From Nanobdellota archaeon (lineage in GTDB: Archaea > Nanobdellota > Nanobdellia > B33-G15): a stretch of 45,075 bases of DNA. The notes beneath the pieces are model-generated. The model made no database searches and was not told where the DNA came from. It saw only the letters and a program-made list of their open reading frames with translations. Both the position numbers and the translations under genes were made by a program. The stretch lies in the NCBI GenBank assembly GCA_003660925.1, contig QMVD01000001.1, forward strand, positions 1 to 45,075, written 5' to 3'. This document shows positions 26,656 through 35,669 of this stretch, one piece after another. Each line of letters begins with the position of its first letter. Position 1 is the stretch's first letter.

Positions 26656-29233
26656 TCACCCTCTCTATGATCATGTCGATGTCTATATCGCCGTGGTCGG
26701 ACTTGCTCACATCTATCCCATCCTCCCCGTACTTGAATTGGATTATTACTCCCGAACTGTCCCTCACTGTCCCGTCGTATAGCACTTTCACGTCTTGCAA
26801 GGCATTCACCAACCTCCTCTGGAGATATCCTGACTTGGGAGTTCTCATTCCCTTGTTCACTAAGGAATCCCTCCCAGCCACTGCATGGAAGAAGAACTCC
26901 ACGGGATCTAACCCTTTCTTATAACCGTGCATCACGAAACCTCCAGCCCTCACTCCAATATCTCCCTTCTTAAACAAGGAAAGGGTCCTTTCCTTGAAGC
27001 CCCTGTTTATCCTCTCCCCCCTCAAGGACTGTTGTCCCAGACAAGCCACCATCAGGATAAGGTTCAGGGTTGAACCCTTTGCCCCCGACCTTATCATGGT
27101 AAAGGTGCCCGTGTTCTTCTTCAAGTACTTCCTCAACACCTTGCTCGTATCGTCCCTAGCTTGATTCAAGATCCCCATCATGGCTCCTTCCAAGGTCTCT
27201 CTCGGGGTCCTTCCGGGATACGGTTCCAACTTCCCCTCCTTGTAGAGTTTGATGAGTTTTTCCACCTCTTCTTCCGCCTTCTTCAGCCTCTCCACGATCT
27301 TCTCGTAGGCGCCTTCGGGCAGGTCGGTATCCGCCAAGGAGATGCTAGCTCCTTCGTGCATGAGGAACTCAACGCCCAACAAAGCCACTTTATGCATGAG
27401 GTCCAAGGTCTTCTCCGGACCGTACAACTTGTAATATTCTTGGAACAACTTCCCTTTTCCTCCTCCTATGAGTTTCTTAGTCACCGCCCCGCATATGAGC
27501 TGTCCATTCTTTATAAGGACGCAGGCATCCGAGCCCTTCTGCTTACATCCCTTGCACTTCTCCGGGTCCTCCACGTAGTTGAAGTCCTTTGGCAAGAGGA
27601 TGGAAAATATTTCCTTACCCGTGAACTCCTTCTTGTCCGGGATTTCCTCCACCCCTATGGAGAACATGAGTTGTTCCACGAAGCTCCTTGGGAACTTCCT
27701 CTTTCCCAAAGTGAGGAGGTAACATCCCAAGATGTAGTCTTGTTTTCCTCCCACTATTGGCAGGCCATATCTCGGAGTCACCAGGTGGTGTTTCACCTCC
27801 ATCAGGACTTCTGCCTCCGCCCTCGCTTCCTCGGTTTGAGGGACATGGAGGTTCATCTCGTCCCCATCGAAGTCCGCGTTGTAAGGAGCGGTCACCACAG
27901 GGCTTATCCTAAACGTTTTATAAGGAAGAACCCTCACCCTGTGGGCCATTATATTCATCCTGTGCAAGCTGGGTTGTCTGTTGAAGAGAACCAAGTCTCC
28001 ATCCAAGAGGTGCCTCTCCACTATGTGCCCTGGCATGAGTTCCTGAAGTATGACTTCCTTAGTCTCCTTCGTTATCCTCTTCCTCCCTTGAGGAGTTATC
28101 ACGTAGTTAGCTCCAGGATATTTATCTGGCCCGTTCTCCACGAACTTCCTCAGCCACTCTATGTTCCACTCCGTCACCCTTTCTGGAATGGTCAACTCCA
28201 TGGCGACCTCGTAAGGGACTCCCACCTCATCAGGCTTTATGTAAGAATCCGGGGATATGACGGTCCTCGCCGAGAAGTCCACCCTCTTTCCTGCCAGATT
28301 GTGCCTGAACCTCCCTTCCTTCCCCCTTATCCTGTCGGCCAAGGTCTTCAGGATCCTCCCGCTCCTATGTCTCGCTGGAGGAACCTGGGAGACGCTGTTA
28401 TTGAAGAAAGTGGTGACGTGGTATTGTAATAGTTCCCAGAGGTCATCTATGATTATCTGGGGGGCTCCTGCCATTATGTTCTCCGCCAGCCTCTGATTGG
28501 TCCTCACGATGTCCCCCAACTTATGGGTCAAATCGTCCTCGCTCCTCTCCCCAGTTTCCAAAGTTATGCTGGGCCTCACAGTGACGGGGGGTATGGGAAG
28601 GAGGGTTAAGACCATCCACTCAGGCCTTCCCGCTTGGGGGTTCATCCCTAAGAGAGGTAGGTCATCATCAGGGATCCTCTCCAACCTTTCCCTCACATCT
28701 ATGGGTGTGAGGTTGACTCCATCCTCTATGAAGGTGGTGGGCTTCTTGAGCCTTATCTTCCCCTGTTTCTCCCCACAATGTGGACAGACAGAGGTGGCCT
28801 TAGCTCTCTTGAGGATCTCGTCCAGCACGTTGCTCCTCACCAAGCTCTCCTCTTTAGAAGCCATCTCTAACCTCTCCTTGAACTTCTCTATCTCCTTCTC
28901 GCTCAGCAAGATCCTCCCGCACTTCCTGCAAGTAGCTCGGAGGAAGTTGTAGATGTAATCCACGAACTCTACGTGTATCACTGGCCTCGCGAGCTCTATG
29001 TAACCGAAGTGACCGGGGCAGTCCCTAACCTTAGAGCCGCAAGTCCTGCATCTCAATCCAGGGTCTATCACCCCCATCCTCAGGTCCATCAGTCCCCCAT
29101 CCATTGGGTAACCATCCGCGTCGTATAGTTCTGGAGTGAGGACCTTAACGGCTGCCATCTTCTTTATGAGTTTAGGAGAGAGTAGCCTAAACTCAATGGC
29201 CCCGATCTTGTCCTTGATTATCTGTTCGTTCAT
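26642..29233 (-). CDS. rpoA1: RNA polymerase subunit A' (Rpo1N)
   Basis: [29 protein letters not shown], catalytic [19 protein letters not shown]. Confidence 0.99.
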   Translation of the reverse strand: MNEQIIKDKIGAIEFRLLSPKLIKKMAAVKVLTPELYDADGYPMDGGLMDLRMGVIDPGLRCRTCGSKVRDCPGHFGYIELARPVIHVEFVDYIYNFLRATCRKCGRILLSEKEIEKFKERLEMASKEESLVRSNVLDEILKRAKATSVCPHCGEKQGKIRLKKPTTFIEDGVNLTPIDVRERLERIPDDDLPLLGMNPQAGRPEWMVLTLLPIPPVTVRPSITLETGERSEDDLTHKLGDIVRTNQRLAENIMAGAPQIIIDDLWELLQYHVTTFFNNSVSQVPPARHRSGRILKTLADRIRGKEGRFRHNLAGKRVDFSARTVISPDSYIKPDEVGVPYEVAMELTIPERVTEWNIEWLRKFVENGPDKYPGANYVITPQGRKRITKETKEVILQELMPGHIVERHLLDGDLVLFNRQPSLHRMNIMAHRVRVLPYKTFRISPVVTAPYNADFDGDEMNLHVPQTEEARAEAEVLMEVKHHLVTPRYGLPIVGGKQDYILGCYLLTLGKRKFPRSFVEQLMFSIGVEEIPDKKEFTGKEIFSILLPKDFNYVEDPEKCKGCKQKGSDACVLIKNGQLICGAVTKKLIGGGKGKLFQEYYKLYGPEKTLDLMHKVALLGVEFLMHEGASISLADTDLPEGAYEKIVERLKKAEEEVEKLIKLYKEGKLEPYPGRTPRETLEGAMMGILNQARDDTSKVLRKYLKKNTGTFTMIRSGAKGSTLNLILMVACLGQQSLRGERINRGFKERTLSLFKKGDIGVRAGGFVMHGYKKGLDPVEFFFHAVAGRDSLVNKGMRTPKSGYLQRRLVNALQDVKVLYDGTVRDSSGVIIQFKYGEDGIDVSKSDHGDIDIDMIIERVIGVG

Positions 29234-29237
29234 TTCC

Positions 29238-31040
29238 TCACCCTTTCGGCGTGATGATGAGCTTGGGGTAAATGCAAAGGCTCTTCAACTCGTCCAAGAG
29301 CAGCTTGAACGCGTAGCTCATCTCCACGAAGGTTATGGGTGCCTCTTCCCCGCAGATGGGGCAGATCCCTATGTCCCTGTATCGGTTGTAAACCGCCACT
29401 ATCCCGCAGTTCTTGCAGACGGGCACCACTACTTTGTCTGAATCAAATCTCTCCTTCAAGGCTAATGCCGCGCCATGGGCTATGAAGCAGTCCTTCTCCA
29501 TCTCTCCCAGCCTCAACCCTCCTTCCTTACTCCTCCCTTCCGTAGGTTGCCTCGTCAACAACTGGACCGGTCCCCTCGAACGAGCGTGCAACTTATTAGC
29601 CACCATGTACTTCAGCTTCAGGTAGTACATGTTTCCCACGAATATCCTGGCCTTGAATTCCTCTCCCGTCATACCATTATACATGGTCTCCAGCCCATCA
29701 TCCCTGAATCCCAACTTCAAGAGCTCCTTCCTCAGGTCAAACTCTTTCTCTCCGGCGAAAGGGGTCCCATCCACGTACCTTCCTGCCAAGGCTCCGACCT
29801 TTCCCGCCAGGATCTCCAGGAGGTGGTTTATGGTCATCCTGGAGGGGATGCTGTGGGGGTTGAAGATTATGTCCGGGATCACTCCACTGGCGGTGAAGGG
29901 CATGTCCTCCTGGGGGACTAGCATCCCTATCACTCCCTTCTGACCGTGCCTGGAGGCGAACTTATCCCCCAATTCGGGAGGCCTCAAGTCCCTCACCTTC
30001 ACCTTGACGTACTTATTCCCGTCTTCGGTCTCTGTTATGAGGACTGTTTCCACCACTCCCTTCTCGCCGAACCTGACAGCCTCGCTCGTCTCCTTGTTCG
30101 CCTCTATCCCCGCTGTGAACTCGTCTAGGCTCGTGAGGAACCTGGGAGGGCTCACCTTCCCTATCAGCACGTCCCCTCCCTTTACTTCAGCAGATGGGTA
30201 AATTATGCCATCTTCTTCCAAATACCTATACTCCTCCTCCGTCCTGTAGCCAACCACGTCCTTATCGGGGATGGTTATGCGATCCTTTTGACCTCCAGGG
30301 TACCTGAGCTCCTCAGCCACATAAGGCCTGTAATAACTCGACCTGAAGAGCCCTCTCTCCGTGCTCGATTTGTTCATCACGATGGCGTCGTCCATGTTGT
30401 ATCCTTGGAAGGGCATGACCGCGATCACCACATTCTGGCCAGCAGGACAAGAGTCGTAGTTTATGTATTTGTACATCAGGGTCTGAACTATGGGTTTCTG
30501 AGGATAGTGTAGAAGGGAAGAATCGGTGTCCATCCTTTGGGTGAAGTTCTTGGTGTAGAGGGCTATGCCCTGCTTTATCATCTTCGCTCCTATCAGGACC
30601 TTGGGGCTTAGTGCGTGTTGGGCGAAGGGGAGCATGTTGGCTTGGGTCCCGAAGATCACCATGGGACTTATCTCTAAGTGAGTGTGTTCCTTCGTGAGGT
30701 CCTCTGGATAGAGGGCAACGTAGGCGTTCTCCTCCTCGTTAGCGTCTAAGTATTCGATGACCCCTTGCCTCACCAAATCGCTCCACTTCATCTCTCCCTT
30801 CTCCAGCTTCTCCAACATCTCATCGGTCAAGAGGGGCTTTCCGTCCTTCACCACTATCAGGGGTCTCCTCACCCTGCCGTGATTGGAGAAGATGTAAACC
30901 GTGTCTTCCTCTTCGCTGTAATACACGTTCACGTAGTAGGGGATCTCCCCCTTCCTCCTCCTCTCCTTCACGAGCTCCGCTAGCCCCCTCCCATTCTCGT
31001 GGTACCCTATGAATTTCCCGTTGAGGAACACGTCGCTCAT
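29238..31040 (-). CDS. rpoB1: RNA polymerase subunit B' (Rpo2C)
   Basis: GYNMDDA, GDKFASRHGQKG, KLHARSRGP, GGLRLGEMEKD, Zn-finger CKNC...CPIC. Confidence 0.98.
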   Translation of the reverse strand: MSDVFLNGKFIGYHENGRGLAELVKERRRKGEIPYYVNVYYSEEEDTVYIFSNHGRVRRPLIVVKDGKPLLTDEMLEKLEKGEMKWSDLVRQGVIEYLDANEEENAYVALYPEDLTKEHTHLEISPMVIFGTQANMLPFAQHALSPKVLIGAKMIKQGIALYTKNFTQRMDTDSSLLHYPQKPIVQTLMYKYINYDSCPAGQNVVIAVMPFQGYNMDDAIVMNKSSTERGLFRSSYYRPYVAEELRYPGGQKDRITIPDKDVVGYRTEEEYRYLEEDGIIYPSAEVKGGDVLIGKVSPPRFLTSLDEFTAGIEANKETSEAVRFGEKGVVETVLITETEDGNKYVKVKVRDLRPPELGDKFASRHGQKGVIGMLVPQEDMPFTASGVIPDIIFNPHSIPSRMTINHLLEILAGKVGALAGRYVDGTPFAGEKEFDLRKELLKLGFRDDGLETMYNGMTGEEFKARIFVGNMYYLKLKYMVANKLHARSRGPVQLLTRQPTEGRSKEGGLRLGEMEKDCFIAHGAALALKERFDSDKVVVPVCKNCGIVAVYNRYRDIGICPICGEEAPITFVEMSYAFKLLLDELKSLCIYPKLIITPKG

Positions 31041-32530
31041 TTGATCACCCTCACTCCCATCTCCTTGAGAACCTTCACCAACTTCTCGTCGGGAACATCC
31101 GGCCTCGGGGCAGCCTCCGCCATTATGGCGAGGTTCTTCCTCAGACCGATGGGTGGTCCCTCTGGAGTCTCAACAGCGCATAACCTTCCCCAATGGGTCG
31201 GATGCAGGTCCCTCGCCTCGAAGGCCTCCCTGCTCATCTTGAGGGGAGAGACAACCCTCCTTAAGTGGGAGATGGTGGCGAACATGTTCTGCCTGTCCAA
31301 GTGTTGGCTCACACCATGTCTCCCTCCCACCCATTCTCCAGTGGCGAGCATGCTCCTTATCCTCGAAGTCAACAACTTCGCCCTGGTCGCCCTCAGCAAA
31401 GAGGGAGCCTTCCCCCTCTTTATGAACCTCTCGAAGTTGTACTTTATGTCTCCGACTAACATCCTGAAGGCGAACCTGAAGGCGGACTCCATCAAATCTC
31501 CAGCGAGTTGAAGCCTCTTGTTGGAGTAATGATCCTTATCGTCCGGTCCCAACTTCCCATAAGAGACCATGAGGAGCTTCTTGATGTACTTGGCCAAGGT
31601 GTACGCCTTCTCCAACCTCGACCTCTCGTCGTGCCCTATGTGGGGGAGGAAGAAGTTATCCACTGTATCTATCGCCCTCTTCTTCCTCAACAACTCCTGA
31701 GTTATGCCCATCTTCTTCCCTATGTAATCGAAGGCCTGTTCCCAGTTCTCTATCTCCGCGGTCTGATAGAAGTTTATGTACATGTCCGCCTCCATGTCCT
31801 TATCTGGGGAGACAGCCTCCATGATCTCTTGCTCGCTCTTCATCCCCAAGGCCTTCATCAAGACCACAAAGGGAACCCTGTTTATCCTAGTGAAAGAGAC
31901 GTAGATCGTCCCGTCCCTCGCCTTCTCTATGGTGTGAGGTATCTTGTACTGGCCATCATCGCTGAAGACCTTAGCGACCCATGGATATTGGGAACTCCCT
32001 TTCTCCACGAAGAGCTTGTTAGGGGCCAGATCCTCCACGGAAACTAACACCCTCTCAGTTCCATTTATGATGAAATACCCTCCGGGGTCATCCGGATCCT
32101 CTCCGAGCTCTATCAACTCCTCTCTGCTCTTCCCGTGAAGCACGCAGTACTTGGACTTAACCATCACTGGGACGTTCCCTATGTTTATTACCTGTTTCTC
32201 CTCGTCCACCCCATCCTTACATACCCACATCTCCAGCATCACTGGAGCTTCGTAAGTGAGATCTCTGAGCCTCGCCTCCATGGGAGTTATCCTCCTCCTG
32301 ACCCCATCAGCTTCCCTAACCACCGGTCTCTCCATCCACACCTTCCCAAACTTTATCTCCAAGCTCCCTACCCCTTCGGGGATGATGTCAGAATAAATGC
32401 TTTTGACCTCATCCACCACCTTCTGCATCCCTTGCTCCACGAACTGATTGAAGGAATTCAGCTGATGCTGAACTAGAGAGTTCTCCCTAAAGTAGGCATC
32501 GAGCAATATCTCTTGATATTTTTTATTCAA
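31037..32530 (-). CDS. rpoB2: RNA polymerase subunit B'' (Rpo2N)
   Basis: [53 protein letters not shown] overlap with B'. Confidence 0.98.
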   Translation of the reverse strand: MNKKYQEILLDAYFRENSLVQHQLNSFNQFVEQGMQKVVDEVKSIYSDIIPEGVGSLEIKFGKVWMERPVVREADGVRRRITPMEARLRDLTYEAPVMLEMWVCKDGVDEEKQVINIGNVPVMVKSKYCVLHGKSREELIELGEDPDDPGGYFIINGTERVLVSVEDLAPNKLFVEKGSSQYPWVAKVFSDDGQYKIPHTIEKARDGTIYVSFTRINRVPFVVLMKALGMKSEQEIMEAVSPDKDMEADMYINFYQTAEIENWEQAFDYIGKKMGITQELLRKKRAIDTVDNFFLPHIGHDERSRLEKAYTLAKYIKKLLMVSYGKLGPDDKDHYSNKRLQLAGDLMESAFRFAFRMLVGDIKYNFERFIKRGKAPSLLRATRAKLLTSRIRSMLATGEWVGGRHGVSQHLDRQNMFATISHLRRVVSPLKMSREAFEARDLHPTHWGRLCAVETPEGPPIGLRKNLAIMAEAAPRPDVPDEKLVKVLKEMGVRVIK

Positions 32531-32753
32531 TCACAACCACCCTATAATATTTTGTCTCTCCGCTCGTCGGGCTCTTCCTGATGATCTCCACGACATCTCC
32601 TACCTTTGGCTTCAATTCCTTAATTGCTGGGTCGTTTATAAGTATTTTGGGTAGTTGATGCAATTTTATGTTTTTCCCCTTCAAGAGCTCCTCCTTCTCC
32701 TTCTCGCTCAGGATTCTGTGACTTGGGACCAACACGTGCTTCATGAGAATCAC
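32523..32753 (-). CDS. rpoH: RNA polymerase subunit H (Rpo5)
   Basis: [38 protein letters not shown]. Start is GTG 32753 or ATG 32744. Confidence 0.97.
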   Translation of the reverse strand: MILMKHVLVPSHRILSEKEKEELLKGKNIKLHQLPKILINDPAIKELKPKVGDVVEIIRKSPTSGETKYYRVVVIE

Positions 32754-32772
32754 CTTAATGGGCCGGGCGGGA

Positions 32773-32801
32773 CTTCCACCCCTTCTACTGCGAGAAGGTG
32801 C
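32773..32801 (-). other. 29-nt tRNA intron at position 59/60 (T-loop)
   Basis: Strict BHB: T-stem outer helix, central TTCA/TGGA, bulges AA^G and AG^T, inner helix CACCTTCT/AGAAGGGG with one A-G mismatch. Confidence 0.87.
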
Positions 32802-32846
32802 TTTGAACCCGCGACCACCCGGTTAAAAGCCGGGTGCTCTACCAAA

Positions 32847-32877
32847 TGGCTCGCCCCCACAAAGCTTGTGAAGGGCT
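32847..32877 (-). other. 31-nt tRNA intron at position 15/16 (D-loop)
   Basis: Helix GCTC/GAGC with 3-nt bulges AG^A and CA^T, plus an internal hairpin GCCCTTCACAAGCTTTGTGGGGGC. The outer helix is weak (relaxed BHB). Confidence 0.85.
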
Positions 32878-33041
32878 CTGAGCTACCGGCCCGAACCTGC
32901 TTTAATTCTTCAGAAATAAAAATTTTTTCAAACATCTAGAACTTCAACTTCGCATCCTTTTTTAAATGTTTTGCTTTTCTGGGCCAAAAATAAAGGAAAA
33001 CTCGTCAAAATTGTTTTTAATTTTAAAGCCTCCTTCAAGGC

Positions 33042-33725
33042 ATGGTGGACTTCGACGAGCTCATAGATCAGTATCTCATGAAGGAAACTAAGGGGAAGAA
33101 GATAGGCATTTACTATCCCTCCGAGGTGGGGAAGTGTTTGAGGAAGATATGGTACTCTTACAAATATCCCATGGAGGTGAAGCCAGAACTCAGGAAGATA
33201 TTCAAGATGGGGGAGATCCTGCACGATTTCATCGCGGAGGTCCTGAGCAGCGAGAAGACGCCTGGGGTGGAATTGCTTGGGGTGGAGGTCCCCGTCAAGA
33301 TGGAGATGAAGGACTTCGTGGTTTCGGGGAGGGTGGACGACCTCATGCTGATAAAGGAGAGTGGAAAGGAGATCTTAGTTGAGGTGAAGTCTACCAAGGA
33401 CGTGGACAGGGTGAAGAAGCCTGGCGAACATCATGAGGCCCAGATCCAGTTCTACATGTACGCTAAAGGAATTCACGATGGGATGCTCGTCTACGTGGAC
33501 AGGAGAGACCTGAGGACCAAGTCCTTCCCGATCCCTTATGATGAAGAGAAGGCGAAGGAAGTCATGGAGAGGTTCAAAAAACTTCATCATCACCTGACCA
33601 ACGACACCCCTCCAGAACCAGAGGCTAAAAAGGTCTTATGGATGAATTGGATGTGTAAGTATTGCGAGTACGCTGATAGATGTGAAAGAGATTTAAATGA
33701 TGAATGCCAAATCAATACCACATGA
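33042..33725 (+). CDS. Stand-alone Cas4-like PD-(D/E)xK nuclease with 4-Cys Fe-S ligands
   Basis: YPSEVGKC, SGRVDD, VEVKS, AQIQFY, CKYCEYADRC. No array or other cas genes in the window. Confidence 0.88.
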   Translation: MVDFDELIDQYLMKETKGKKIGIYYPSEVGKCLRKIWYSYKYPMEVKPELRKIFKMGEILHDFIAEVLSSEKTPGVELLGVEVPVKMEMKDFVVSGRVDDLMLIKESGKEILVEVKSTKDVDRVKKPGEHHEAQIQFYMYAKGIHDGMLVYVDRRDLRTKSFPIPYDEEKAKEVMERFKKLHHHLTNDTPPEPEAKKVLWMNWMCKYCEYADRCERDLNDECQINTT

Positions 33726-34309
33726 GGTGGCTTTCAGTATTGGTCTTTTTTCTCGTCTTGGGATGCGTGCAAAAAGGAGGTGATGAAATGAACCTGACCG
33801 GGAAAAAGGTCGTGATGATAATAGCCCCGGAGAACTTCAGGGACGAGGAGCTCATGAGGCCGAAGGAGATACTCCAGGGATACGGGGCGAAGGTGGTGAT
33901 CGCCTCCAAAGGGGTGGAAGTTGCTACTGGGATGTTGGGGGCTTCCGTGCCAGTCGACTTGGACATAAGCGACGTGAACGTGGACGACTATGATGCTGTC
34001 ATCTTCGTGGGAGGGAGCGGAGCATCAACCTATTTCAACGACACCACGGCCCACGAGATAGCCAAGACTGCCTATGAGAAGGGGAGGGTGATAGGAGCGA
34101 TATGCATAGCCCCAAGCACCTTGGCGAATGCAGGGGTCCTAAATGGAAAAAGGGCGACGTCTTGGCCCTCTGAGAGGAAGAACTTGGAATCTAAAGGAGC
34201 CACTTACGTGGAACAACCCGTAGTGGTAGATGGAAAGATAGTGACTGCGAACGGGCCTTCTGCAGCCAGCGAATTCGGTAAAAAAATAGCAGAATTGCTG
34301 GGAAGCTAA
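33722..34309 (+). CDS. DJ-1/PfpI family protein with optional N-terminal lipoprotein-like signal
   Basis: FRDEE, FVGGSG, nucleophile-elbow AICIAP, DGKIVTANGP. Starts at 33722 and 33788. Confidence 0.9.
   Translation: MRWLSVLVFFLVLGCVQKGGDEMNLTGKKVVMIIAPENFRDEELMRPKEILQGYGAKVVIASKGVEVATGMLGASVPVDLDISDVNVDDYDAVIFVGGSGASTYFNDTTAHEIAKTAYEKGRVIGAICIAPSTLANAGVLNGKRATSWPSERKNLESKGATYVEQPVVVDGKIVTANGPSAASEFGKKIAELLGS
33776..33783 (+). promoter_or_regulatory. Strong internal Shine-Dalgarno GGAGGTGA before ATG 33788
   Basis: Read directly: GGAGGTGATGAAATG. Confidence 0.7.
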
Positions 34310-34313
34310 AGGT

Positions 34314-34418
34314 TTATTCTTCTTCCCAATCCTCCCCTTCCCCCCACTCCTCGTCCCTTTCCCAGTCCTCGTCCTCAAAATCTTCCTCGTCGAATTCCTC
34401 ATCCATCTCCCAGTCCAT
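34314..34418 (-). CDS. 34-aa hyper-acidic, Trp-rich micro-protein
   Basis: MDWEMDEEFDEEDFEDEDWERDEEWGEGEDWEEE*, with AAGGTGA SD upstream and host-like codons. Fills an otherwise intergenic gap. Confidence 0.7.
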   Translation of the reverse strand: MDWEMDEEFDEEDFEDEDWERDEEWGEGEDWEEE

Positions 34419-34545
34419 AACTCTCACCTTGCCCGAACAGGACCTCTTCCATTTAAAAGCGTTTCTCTTGAGAAAAAATTCACCATGTTTTGGAGATGAT
34501 TATGGAAGAGGAAATGTTAAAAAAGATGGAAGTGAAGGAAAAGAG

Positions 34546-35283
34546 ATGAGGAGGGCTTATCCTGCGCTCTTCTTGATCTCTGGGGCGCTGATAACTTATT
34601 CCATTGGGGTGGAAACCAACTCCGTCTTCGCTGCTTCCTTGGTTGGATTTATCTTCGGCTTCCTATTCCCTTCTTATTCCGCCCCAGCCTATTGTGGCGC
34701 GTTCATTGGGATGTCCTCTGTGGAGATACTTCCTTCGGGCCTTCTCGTCCTCCTCGCTTCTTTGGTGTCAGGATTCATATGGGTTTACTTCTCCAAGCAA
34801 ATACCTGCTTTCGGTGGAAAAGCTGGATTCATAGCCTTTCTTGGGGTCTTAGCCATAAACTTGCCGACGATATGGGAAGTAGAACCAAGCCTGCCCTTGG
34901 AATTAGAGGTAGAGATGATCCTTGGGGTTATAGTTACTGCAGTGATCGCGACGAGCGCCACTTTCCTCGTGAGGGAGAAGATAAGGGAAAGGTTCAAAAG
35001 CGACGCGGTGATAGGTTCGGCCTTAGTGGGTTTCCCCCTAGGGTTCCTCAGGCTCTTCTTCCCTGGGGTCTCTATCTATTCTGAAGTCGCCTTCGCCTCT
35101 TCCTTCGCTGGCATGACCTCCTTCAAGTTCGTGAGGAAGCCCTTCTACTACTTACTCATAGGCCTCGTGGTTGGGGTTGTCTTCCTCCTCTCTACTCCCT
35201 TCTTCCAGGGGTTTGGCGGAAAATTAGGGACCATCGCCTTCCTCTCCGTGATGTTATTCCTCTCCCTCAAGTCCCTCCACTGA
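34546..35283 (+). CDS. Integral membrane protein with internal two-fold repeat
   Basis: About 8 TM segments. Repeats YCGAFIGMSS..FGGKAGFIAF and FASSFAGMTS..FGGKLGTIAF. Confidence 0.75.
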   Translation: MRRAYPALFLISGALITYSIGVETNSVFAASLVGFIFGFLFPSYSAPAYCGAFIGMSSVEILPSGLLVLLASLVSGFIWVYFSKQIPAFGGKAGFIAFLGVLAINLPTIWEVEPSLPLELEVEMILGVIVTAVIATSATFLVREKIRERFKSDAVIGSALVGFPLGFLRLFFPGVSIYSEVAFASSFAGMTSFKFVRKPFYYLLIGLVVGVVFLLSTPFFQGFGGKLGTIAFLSVMLFLSLKSLH

Positions 35284-35646
35284 GACCTCAAAGAACCCCA
35301 ATTTTCCCTTAACCCTAATTGCTCTCTCAAATCTTCTTACGTCTTCTAACAAGAAGCCGAACATGGGGCTCTTTGGAAAATTTTTGGAGAGGTGTTTCTC
35401 ATAATCCCTCTCGAACTCCTCCTTGGTGTTGTAGATGATAACGTCCTTGAGGATCGCGGAGCCGACTATCGCCCCTCTCACTAGATCATCCTTATCGATC
35501 CCTTCGAAGGAAATGTCATCTACCTTCTTGGACGCGTGAAGGAGGAACCTCCCCCTAAATCTCGTATTCCACTTCCTAACTTCTATCGTCTTCCTCCCCC
35601 TTAAGATCAATTCCACCCAAGGTTGCCTTATTGAGAGGGCTTTCAC
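35254..35646 (-). CDS. ASCH domain protein
   Basis: KALSIRQPWVELILRGRKTIEVR, LLHAS, GAIVG, KGKLGFF. Confidence 0.92.
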   Translation of the reverse strand: MKALSIRQPWVELILRGRKTIEVRKWNTRFRGRFLLHASKKVDDISFEGIDKDDLVRGAIVGSAILKDVIIYNTKEEFERDYEKHLSKNFPKSPMFGFLLEDVRRFERAIRVKGKLGFFEVSVEGLEGEE

Positions 35647-35669
35647 GTCCTTAAAAGGCTTGGAGGGAA

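Larger units (their letters stand above)
32759..32892 (-). tRNA. tRNA-Lys(UUU) with two non-canonical introns
   Basis: Removing 32877-32847 and 32801-32773 gives GGGCCGGTAGCTCAGTTTGGTAGAGCACCCGGCTTTTAACCGGGTGGTCGCGGGTTCAAATCCCGCCCGGCCCA, a complete cloverleaf. CCA is not encoded. Confidence 0.93.

Noticed and set aside
27161-28429. 422-aa antisense ORF in rpoA1, and similar long shadow ORFs over alaS, tuf, fusA and rpoB
   Set aside because: The host rarely uses TTA/CTA/TCA codons, so antisense frames stay open. The products are L/P/H/S-rich with no motifs.
29238-32530. Split RpoB as a novelty
   Set aside because: The B''/B' split at this position is well known in several archaeal lineages.
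32750-33224. ORFs 32750..32935 and 32928..33224
   Set aside because: They overlap the tRNA, the AT-rich divergent promoter and the Cas4-like gene in antisense.
33042-33725. CRISPR-Cas locus
   Set aside because: No repeat-spacer array and no cas1, cas2 or effector genes anywhere in the window.
34429-34545. N-terminal extension of the membrane protein
   Set aside because: Covers the divergent promoter shared with the acidic peptide. The hydrophobic protein begins at ATG 34546.
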